Shown one piece after another: positions 53,921 through 64,000 of a DNA stretch of 64,000 nt (the stretch's first letter is position 1; each line of letters begins with the position of its first letter). The stretch comes from Octopus vulgaris. Its lineage: Eukaryota. Under the pieces are notes generated by a model, which was given only the letters and a program-made list of their open reading frames with translations, was not told the origin of the DNA and did no database searches. Where the stretch lies: NCBI GenBank assembly GCA_951406725.2, contig OX597816.1, positions 114,266,001-114,330,000 of the forward strand, in the 5' to 3' direction. Position numbers and translations under genes: made by a program.

Positions 53921-54462
53921 TTATATATATATATTTATATATATATATATGTATATTTATATATATATATTTATATATATAAGACAGATATATGGGTATG
54001 CATTTATATATGCATGCATATGTCTATATGTATGTGTGTGTTTGTGTGTGTGTGTACATTCATAAGTATATATGTGTGCATATTTTCCTGTGAGGTCATC
54101 TGTAAAAACTTCAACTTTCTGAAGTTTAACTTACCTGTTTTTACCTGATACACATACACGCATATAGAGCCATGATCATTCTTTGTTGTGGCTGAGGAGC
54201 TGACAACCTCTTTAGAGTTGGTACTATGGTAAAATGCAGCCTGTATATCTAATAAAGCGGTTGACTGAGAAAAGAATATAAGGGTAGAAGCCACATGAAC
54301 AGTGATGTGTACAAATGAGAGGTGGTCTTCTGATGTTGCTGGGAGGAAAGTAACCTTGAATAGAAAGTGGACTTGACCATGACAAACCTATTGGAAAGTG
54401 AATACAACTGATGATGACAATGACAAAGACACTGCTGCTGGTCATGGTGATGATTATAGAAG

Positions 54463-54702
54463 AGACATGGCTGAGTGGTTAAGAAATTTTCTGAGCAACC
54501 ACATAGTTTAAAATTTGGTACATATCAAGGCATTATCTTTTTTATGACAGACTTGGGTGAACTTGTGACTTTGTGAGTGAAAGTGGTGGAAGGAGACTGT
54601 GTAGAAGCTCATTATTTGTTTATGCATGTGTGAGTGTGTGTGTATGTGTCTGTGCATGTGTGTGTGTGTGTAAGTATATTATATATATATTATATATATA
54701 TA

Positions 54703-54767
<65 letters not shown>

Positions 54768-54845
54768 TAGATAGATAGATAGATAAAAGGATGAATGGAT
54801 GGATAGATGGATGGACAAATAGACAGGTGGATAGATAGAAAGCTT

Positions 54846-54884
<39 letters not shown>

Positions 54885-55160
54885 GGATAGATAGATAAAT
54901 ACATACACAGACACATACTCATAAATGAGTGCATGTCTGTATTTCTGTCTCCATGTTGTTTTCTTTTTTTTTTTTTATCATACTGATACCTCTTGGAACA
55001 TGGAGCTTTATGTGTATATCCTTAAAATTAGCAGTTTGATAAAAGAAATCAATAAGCACAAGACTTAAAAAAATAAGTACTGGGATCAATATAATCAATC
55101 AAAGCCCTTTGGGGTACTGCTCCAGCATGACTGCAGTCTAATGAGAAACAATTAAAAGAA
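54463..55160 (+). mobile_element. Old family-A SINE with expanded internal (TA)(GA)(GATA) microsatellite
   Basis: Head CATGGCTGAGTGGTTAAGAA and tail TGCTCCAGCATGACTGCAGTCTAATG. Confidence 0.65.
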
Positions 55161-55388
55161 CACATACTTGCACAAACTGGCATAAGAACCTGTCAAAAAT
55201 AACAGGGATACTTTTGCTTCTTTCAGAAATTCTTCATACTTTTGCTGTGCGCTTTGCTCAATCTTCTTGTGTTACATTTTGTCATTCTTCAATTCTTGTC
55301 CCCTTTTTTTTTTTTTTTAACCTCAGCTCATACCCTTTCATTATTGTCACTGATTCTCACAGGCATCATTAATAGTTCTCCTCCTGTA

Positions 55389-55594
55389 AAGCAGCGGACT
55401 CGCAGAATCGTTAGCACACCAGACTAAAAAGCATAGTGGCATTTTGTCTGTCTTTATGTTCCGAGCTCAACTTTGCCTTTCATGGTTTAGGGGGTCGATA
55501 AAATAAGTACCAGTCAAGTTCTGGAGTTGAATGTAATCAATTTCCCTCTCTCCTCAAAAAAGCTGCAAGCCCTGTGTCAAAATCTGAAACCATT
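55389..55594 (+). mobile_element. SINE family C
   Basis: GCAGAATCGTTAGCAC...CTTTGCCTTTCAT...AAGTACCAGTC. Confidence 0.8.
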
Positions 55595-56189
55595 ATCCAT
55601 TTTCTTCTTTTCAGACTATGAATATTTCCTTCACTTTCTTTCTCAGTCAAACTCTAACCCCTACGATTGTCTTAATTTTCTGTTCTCCCACAACTTTAAT
55701 ATCATATAGCAATTTTTCATTCTCTCTATCTTCTTTGATCCTTTTCTCTCTCTCTCTCTCTTAATCCTACTCATTATTCCTCTGCTATTTTACCACATTA
55801 ACTCTCTAATTCCCACCTATATGCCTATATTGTTATGCGTTTCACTTCCCTCTTTTCTCACTCATTCATTTTCCCATTCTCTTCTATATTTCACTTTCTG
55901 CATGAATGATAATCAGTCACAATCTGCTGACTATTGGGTGTTTCTCACTTTCCTTCCCACTCCTTCTGTTACATTTCCACCAACATTTTTATCTTATCTT
56001 TATAATTCTTTCATTTTCTTTTATCTCTCTCGGTGCAACTATATTTATATATTAAGATATATACATACATAATACATACATATTTACATACATATATTGC
56101 ATACATCCACACACGTATCTCACACATATGTGCATACACAAACATTCACACGCAAATACATATTTTCATTCATATAGTTGTATCATATT

Positions 56190-56660
56190 TTTTTCCTATG
56201 ATAGTATGGGTTAGATGAATAGATTACTGAGGCATTGTTTTACAGCTGGATGCCTTTCCTATTGTTTTTCAAAGATCTGTTATTCCCCTTGTCTTCGAAG
56301 GCACAAAGCCAGCAGATTACTTTTTGATAGCTGAAATGATGACAATATCACTGTGTATAGCTCAGTAATTTTTGTAGAAGTATAAATGTTAACAAACACA
56401 CAGACACATGCATGCACACATATAGATATACATATATGAGTATGTTTATCTTTCTATCTATCCATCACATAACACACACACATGCACACACACATATTTG
56501 ATGAGTTTCTTTCAGTTTCTATCTACCAAATTCATTTACAAAACTTTTGCCTGCCCTAGGGATATTTGCAGAAGACACTTACTTAAGGTGCCATACTGTG
56601 GGACTGAACCCAAAACCACATAGATTTGAAGCAAACTGCTTAATTACACAGTATGCCCCC
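56190..56660 (-). mobile_element. Old family-A SINE with RTE-type tail
   Basis: TTTCAGTTTCTATCTACCAAAT...GTGGGACTGAACCC; CAGCTGGATGCCTTTCCT tail remnant. Confidence 0.65.
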
Positions 56661-56721
56661 TGCCAATCTCTCTCTCTCTCTCTCTCTGTCACACACACAC
56701 ATATATATATATGGCTCTATA

Positions 56722-56810
56722 GGTGCAGGTGTGGTTGTGTAATAACAAGTTTGCTTCTTAATCACATAGTTCTGGGTTCAGTCCCACTGCATGGCACCTA
56801 AGGCAAGTAA

Positions 56811-56849
<39 letters not shown>

Positions 56850-57072
56850 TGGGATTCTTTCAGTTTCTGTCTACCAAATCCAATTACAAGGCTTTGGTCA
56901 GCCCAAGACCACAGTAGAAGACCAGTGTTAGTGTGTTTATATTTCTGCAATTTAGTAGCTTGGTAAAAGAGACCAATAGAATAAGCACCTGTGGGGTTGA
57001 TTTGTTTGACTAAAGAAATTTTCAGGGCAGGGCTTCAGCATGGCTACAATCTAATGATTGAAACAAGTGAAA
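56722..57072 (+). mobile_element. Family-A SINE with an internal inversion
   Basis: Head 56722-56808 and tail 56923-57072 on plus; middle 56809-56922 in reverse orientation. Confidence 0.8.
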
Positions 57073-57835
57073 GCTGAAAGCTATGTATACATATATATGT
57101 ACACACACAGATAAATATTAATGTGTGTGTGCCTATGAATGTATATATTTCTGTTAGATACACCAAACACTTCTACATTAACCAGTTTCTATAAAAAGTG
57201 ATTTCATTAATTGAAAACATGTTGCTGTGAGTTAACTTCATGATGTAAGGAATATCCAACAGAAAGTATATCGGGAACATTTCATCAGGAGTTATAATTT
57301 GAGAATTTGATCTGCTAAGGTAACCAATTTGTATCAGTTTGTTGGCTCAGAGGCCTTCACACTTTCAAAACAACATTAATACTTTCTAGCAAATAAGATA
57401 CACAACAGTACAAATTCTTAAGCTTGTCTTGGCTTCAAGGGCAGTGCTCAGAACTACTATTAAATAAATATTCTAACTGCAGGTCATTTTAGCATCACCC
57501 CACATGTAGTTAGTTTATCAGCTGTTAATATCAAATCAGTGGTAGCAATATATACCAATTTTACAAGCTGGGTAATATATAAACTTTTGGAGACTATATC
57601 TATGGTTAATACCCAGAGCAAATTGTATAAAATAAATATCATGTATATTGTGTCAAATTCTTCCACTTGGTTTAGTACTTTATGTTAATTTTAACATCTT
57701 TTAAGACTGTAACTTCAAATTCTACTTTGCTTTTAATCATTTTGAGATAATGAAATAGTTAATAAAATAAGTATTGAGATCAATATAATTGACCATGATA
57801 TAACTTCTAGGATATAACTATAAGTATATGTGTAT

Positions 57836-58147
57836 ATATCACATGATCACGTGACCGACCAGACTATCAGATGTTGCTACACATCGCTGGTCACAATGCG
57901 CTTTGCATTTTTTAGCCTTCAAATGATGCCACTCCACTGGCTAAGCAAGCAGGCCAACAGAAGAAAGAGTGAGAGAAAGTTGTGGCAAAAGAGTACAGCA
58001 GGGATTGCCACAACCCCCTACTAGAGCCTCGTGGAGCTTTAGGTGTTTTCACTCAATAAACACTCACAATGCCCGGTCTGGGAATTGAAACTGTGATCCT
58101 ACAACTGCAAGTCCACTGCCCTAACCACTGAGCCATTGCACCTCCAC
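57836..58147 (-). mobile_element. tRNA-derived SINE family D, full length
   Basis: A box TGGCTCAGTGG, B box GTTTCAATTCC, 3' GTCACGTGATCATGTGATA. Confidence 0.88.
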
Positions 58148-58196
58148 TTATATGTATATATACACACCATAAATTCCAGTTTTCGTTATAATATAT

Positions 58197-58547
58197 CCAA
58201 TCATTAGACTGCAGCCATGCTAGGGTACCAATTTGAAGAATTTTAGTGGAACGGATTGTCTTATTTTTTTTTAGCAATGCTACTTATACAATTGGTCTCT
58301 TTTGCTGAACTGCTAAGTTACAGGGATGTAAACAAAACAACAATGGTTGTCAAGCAGTGGGGGTAGGGAGAAACACACACACACAACAGGCTTCTTTCAG
58401 TTTTCAACTATGACATCCACTCACAAAGCTTTAGCTGACCTGAGGCTTTAATAGAAAACACTTGGCCTAGGTGCCATGCAGTAGGACTGAACCTGGAACC
58501 ATGTGACTTGGAAGCAAACTTCTTAACACGCAATCACATCTGTGCCT
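58197..58547 (-). mobile_element. SINE family A
   Basis: Reverse-complement match to 6837-7225, with CpG decayed. Confidence 0.85.
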
Positions 58548-58872
58548 ATATATATATATATATAGGGCCTCTGTTTTAGTCAAGGTAGATCAGCCTCTGG
58601 ACATGTATACATAGGCCTGGACAAAGAACCCAGAAAAGCTAAACGGTTATCACAAGGCTTTCTTCCCAACCATCTAAAAGTTCTGCTAATCTGCATTATT
58701 CTGGATTTGAACCATTTTTTTTTTTGTTATAGATGCTGAAAGAACAAATGACAAAGTTGACCTTGGTGGAATGTGAACTCAAAGCACAGAGAGTTAGAAC
58801 AAATATCACAATATATACTATCAAGCACATTAACGACCATACCCAATTTTCTTTTACACAGACACAGACACA

Positions 58873-58907
<35 letters not shown>

Positions 58908-60480
58908 TCATTCATTCAAAATTGTAGATATGTGGTAATTTAATCAAAGTTTTTGAGCTAAAAGACCCTTTTGTAGTTGATGTCTTGAATGATGGATGAA
59001 TATTCTGGTAATACTGTACAAAATGGCAGCAAACTATTTTGCTGAATATTTAGCAGAGTCAAGTTATTTTTCATAAAATCCCGAAGTGAACTGGCAAAAT
59101 GATCTACAGTCCATTCCAATTCTCCAGAAACCAATATGTAAAATCTTCTGTTAAAACTGTCATGGATTCCAACCAAGCAAATATATATTTTTTTTTTTCG
59201 TCACAGCAAAGTGGATAATTTTATAAGAACTGATTCCCCACCCCACTTCCCCTGCTGAATTCCATGTCTGCTAATATTCTAGAGAGACAGCTCTGAACTG
59301 GAAGGGAAGGTGACAAATATACAGATTCAGTTTAAGACTATTTATGGTCTTTTCTGACAGAAAATTCACATAAAATGCTTGGCTTATCTTTTATTTGAAA
59401 TAAAAAAAAAGAGAAAAAGAAAAACAGAAAGAAAGATAAAAAAAATATATAAAATTTTGTTTTTAAAGGTTTTTAAAACAAATTTAACAATGCTGCCATG
59501 GCAACTGTTTATAATCAAAAGAGAGAGTAGTTTGTTAACCTAAATAATGACAAGTCTAGTTGTGAAGGCTAGGTTGATAGCCACAGAAAAGAACCCTAGA
59601 GCTAGCAGGCCAACAGGGTTGTCTGAAACATGCAGAAGCCTTTTTCTTATTCTCCTTATTTCCCTCTTACTTTTCTCCCTCCGCTCCACCCATCTTCCTC
59701 CTCATTTCATTTGTTCGAATATATTACCATTTTAGCAGACATACTTTGCATGATTCAATTCATAATGTAAGACTTTTAGAAAAAAATTTTTCTTCATTTA
59801 TTTGAAATTCTGCATACATTTGACAATATCTTTTACCCTCATTTTGACAAGCATGAATTTTGGACTTGGCAATAATATTTAAATGCAGCAAAGCTCTCCT
59901 CAAGATTGTTTACACATACAAATATATCATGCACACACACACACATGTTTAGCAGCAATAAAAGAATGATAGATATGAAATTCATCAAACTGCAGTTCTG
60001 AAACAATTCCTTGTATATCTTTAATTGTTAGCCTATTTCAATGTTAACCACTATCAAAATGTTTAACAATTAACAATTGTAAGTGTAGAGATATTAGACA
60101 TATGAAGAAATTTTAGAATAATTCCATGTTTCCTTAAAATTAGTAAGAAAGACCTTTTAAAAATAAAATTAGATATATAATTTCAAATACAAACAGTTAA
60201 AAGCATTTTTTTTTTTCATTATTAAAAAATTGTTAGATAAAATAATTATTGAAATATGTTGGTAAATAATAGCTAATATACTTTTCTTTCTATTTCTGTT
60301 CATTTGGAAAGAGGATAAAAAAAATGAATAATTCAAGAGAAACGATAGCCCAATATATTTTAAAATTCACCAGCATTCTTTACTGATTTATATCACAGCA
60401 TATATATATATATATATATATATGTACATACATATATACATACAGATACAGAAGCACATAGATACACATTTATAAACACA

Positions 60481-60561
<81 letters not shown>

Positions 60562-60984
60562 ATATGCTGATCAATGAAACTGATGTGAAAGGAAAAAAAA
60601 TATAAAAGGAGTGTTTTCTTCCTTGTTTGTTTTCAAGAATATATATAAGATAGTGCTAGCTTAACATATAGCTCTGTGTGTGAATTAAGAAGACGGCAAG
60701 GCTGCAGCTATGTCACAACAGCTGGACAATACTAGAGGGTACAGGAGGCTAGTGCTAAAATCAATAGCTGGTCTCATGTGGGCTCGCAATATCTAGTGCA
60801 TTCATTAAACAAATAAATGAATGAAGAAAAAAAAAAATTCACTTTTTTTTTTTACTTTTTACTTTTTACTTTTCTGATGTTGTTGAAAGTGGGGCAGTAA
60901 AGAAGGATGCTGTTGTGCTGAGTTGATAAATCAGAGATTTTCATTTCATAAACTACTGGATTTCAATCTCCTCTGTCCACCACA

Positions 60985-61037
60985 CATGTACACACTTATG
61001 AGTATGTATACGTGTGTGTGTGTGTGTGTGTGTATAC

Positions 61038-61087
<50 letters not shown>

Positions 61088-61243
61088 TATAATGTATATA
61101 TGCTGTATATGCACAAGAGGTACTGTGGGGTTTTCATAGTGACAATACACACACACACACACACACAGATGTATTTATATATACATATATACATTTATCT
61201 ATACACATGCATATATACGTGTATATTATATATATATATACAT

Positions 61244-61298
<55 letters not shown>

Positions 61299-61490
61299 TA
61301 TGTACATTTACACATGTATACATATATACATTTATATATATATATATGTATACACATGCATATATATACATACACATATATGTACATTTACACATGCACA
61401 TATATACACATGTATGTATGCATATATGCATGCATGCAAGCATGTATGTATGTATGTGCATATCTATGTATGTGTGTATGTATGCATATT
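60985..61490. repeat. Compound (TA)n/(CA)n microsatellite field
   Basis: Directly visible. Confidence 0.95.
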
Positions 61491-62275
61491 CCATTGAAAC
61501 TAAATGCATGAAACAAATATTGAGCTGGGATGGGAATATAGGAAATGTTCAGACTGGAGTGGAACTTAGAATAAAATCAATAGTTTCTTGCAAAAAGATA
61601 GAGAGGTAGATAAAGGATGAGGTGAATAGACAGCGAATGAGTGAATTGTGTTGTAAATTGATTGGGAGTAGTTAGACAGAGGGTGAGGTAGATAGATAGT
61701 CAGTTAGATAGATAGATGAGTTTAGACTGGGTGGTGGTACATAAATGATGGCACTGATCAAAAGTGGTGTAGATGGAGGAGAAGAGATAAATGTAGAAGT
61801 ATATAGAAAGAAGAATAATCAAATATAATCATTTGAATTCAAAGAGGCTAGAGGTGGTTTGCACCAGAGAGAGTCAATTTACTAAAGAGGCAAAAATTGA
61901 GGGGTGTTAGTATGGTGTGAAGAAGAGAAAGGTCTGATGTTCGGGCAGAGCCCTTCATAAGTGAATGAGAGAAGAGGTAAATAAATTGAGTGTGTATACA
62001 GATTAAAGAGTAGATGGAGAAGAGATAATTGGTAGAATAGATGAATATAGAATTGAAAATAGGGATGGATAGAGGAGTAGGTTCTGGAAGGATATGTTGG
62101 TGAGATAAAGACAGAATCATGATGTGATGGATGGATGGATGGATAGATGCAAAAAGAAGGATAGATGATGAGTTTGATTCATACAGGAGTAAACTGACAG
62201 AAGTAAGAAGTGAGAGATTAGCAGATTAAAAAAACTGAGGAATGGTAGATAGGGGATTAACATTATATATGTTTA

Positions 62276-62335
<60 letters not shown>

Positions 62336-62479
62336 TGTATGTATATATAGACATGTATGTACACACATATATATATATATATCCATATGTATACATACAC
62401 ACACATACACATATCTATATATGTATGTATGCATGTGTGTGTATATATATATATATATATATGCATACTCTATTATTGT

Positions 62480-62845
62480 TTTACTTCAGTCATTTGACTG
62501 TGGCCATGCTGGAGCATTGTCTTGAAGGGCTTTAGTAAAAAGCATTGACCCCAGGGCTTCATCTTTGTAAGCCTGATATTACTCTATCAGCCTCTTTTGC
62601 CAAACTGCTAAGTTACAGGGATGTAAACATACCAACATCGGTTGTCAAGCAGACAAAGACACACACACATAAATACATACATACACACACACACATATAT
62701 ATATTACATGACCGGCTTCTTTCTGTTTCTATCTATCAAATCCACCCACTAGGCTTTCATTGGCTATTGTAGAAGTCACTTGCACAAGGTGGCGTGCAGT
62801 GGCACTGAACCTGGAACCATGTGGTTGGGAAGCAAGCTTCTTACC
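62480..62845 (-). mobile_element. SINE family A
   Basis: TTCAGTCATTTGACTGTGGCCATGCTGGAGCA...CTGAACCTGGAACCATGTGGTTGG. Confidence 0.85.
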
Positions 62846-62997
62846 CAATAGTCTAGCCTATATACATATATATATATATATGTATATACATCTGGCTATA
62901 GAAACCATGTGTAATTAATGTATAATCAACAGACCTCAAAACATGCTGTCCATGCCAGCATGGAAGTGGAATGTTAAATGACAATCATGCAGATGAT

Positions 62998-63030
<33 letters not shown>

Positions 63031-63034
<4 letters not shown>

Positions 63035-63382
63035 AATCGAATTGAACCAGCCAGGATCCCTGGTCTGGTGGTACGTAAAAAGCACTATCCGACTCGTGGC
63101 CGATGCCAGCACCGCCTCGACTGGCTTCCGTGCCGGTGGCACATAAAATACACCAATCTGACCGTGGCCGTTGCCAGCCTCGCCTGGCACCTGTGCAGGT
63201 GGCACGTAAAAAGCACCCACTACACTCACGGAGTGGTTGGCGTTAGGAAGGGCATCCAGCTGTAGAAACATTGCCAGATTAGACTGGAGCCTGGTGCAGC
63301 CTTCTGGCTTCCCAGAACCCCGGTCGAACCGTCCAACCCATGCTAGCATGGAGAACGGACGTTAAACGATGATGATGATGAT
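63031..63382 (+). mobile_element. RTE LINE 3' end, young
   Basis: GGCACGTAAAAAGCACC units, CpG-rich, (GAT)n tail; matches 16475-16853 and 43068-43160. Confidence 0.9.
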
Positions 63383-63504
63383 ATATATATACACAGAATT
63401 TAAAAAAGAGCTACTGATAGTATATACTAATAATAATGGAACATTAAAAGATCTATCTATCTATCTGTATGTAAATAATTATGTGTGTGTGTGTGTATTT
63501 ATGT

Positions 63505-63640
63505 GGTGTTAGGAAAGGCATCCAACTACAAAAACTGTGACAAAACAAACAGAAGTCTGGTGCAGGCTCCTACCTAGCCAGCTCCTGTCAAACCATCCAA
63601 CCCATGCCAGCATGGAAGGTGAACGTTAAATGATGATGAC
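63505..63640 (+). mobile_element. RTE LINE tail fragment
   Basis: GTTAGGAAAGGCATCCAACT...CCAACCCATGCCAGCATGGA...CGTTAAATGATGATGA. Confidence 0.8.
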
Positions 63641-64000
63641 AATGATATATGTATGTACACACAGACACAGATATCAAATTGCCAAAAGCGAAATCGAATA
63701 CAAAGAAAGACAACAATAGTCCAAAGAGCATTTAATAATATTAGGTATGTATGTATGTATGTATGTATGTATAAAGTTATCACAAAAGGCTTGGCTAGCG
63801 GCCCAACCTTTCAGGTTTTTTTTATAGGGTTTTGATAAAAACGAAAGGACCACTGCAATAGGTGTGTGAATGTGCAAGGGGAATATATTTAATAAAATCA
63901 TAATTAACTGATACCCCTGTATTTTCTTTTTACCTAAAGCCAAGAAATTGTCAGCACCCCATCATATAAATAAAAAAACATCATAAAAAACGGTGAATTA

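Noticed and set aside
45790-58147. tRNA-like sequences at 45790-45868, 48070-48143 and 58075-58147
   Set aside because: They are SINE heads continuing into repeat bodies, without a complete acceptor stem
61595-62255. Long purine-rich tract (and the pyrimidine-rich tract at 55600-56030)
   Set aside because: Best explained as eroded GA/GATA microsatellite; no coherent ORF

Overview
AT-rich, repeat-dense eukaryotic DNA, mostly intronic or intergenic. The SINE/RTE/microsatellite repertoire points to an octopus (coleoid cephalopod) genome; this is inferred from recalled repeat types, not from a database search. No intact long CDS, RNA gene or CRISPR array is present, and nearly all supplied ORFs are microsatellite or repeat artefacts. 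The window holds dozens of tRNA-headed SINE copies from several families, decayed RTE LINE pieces, piggyBac- and hAT-type MITEs with target-site duplications, several long foldback elements and large (TA/CA/GATA)n arrays. Three observations stand out. (1) Seven minimal type-I hammerhead ribozyme motifs occur in four unrelated repeat contexts (Penelope/retrozyme-like), including a tRNA-headed SINE with a hammerhead tail present twice as a head-to-head inverted dimer. (2) A CpG-retaining domain of about 8 kb (about 18.9-27 kb) contains a chain of small minus-strand candidate exons of an unidentified gene. (3) A cluster of foldbacks at 10.3-12.6 kb would form long dsRNA if transcribed. Repeat boundaries were read by eye and are approximate unless a TSD/TIR is quoted; family letters A/C/D/E are my own labels.
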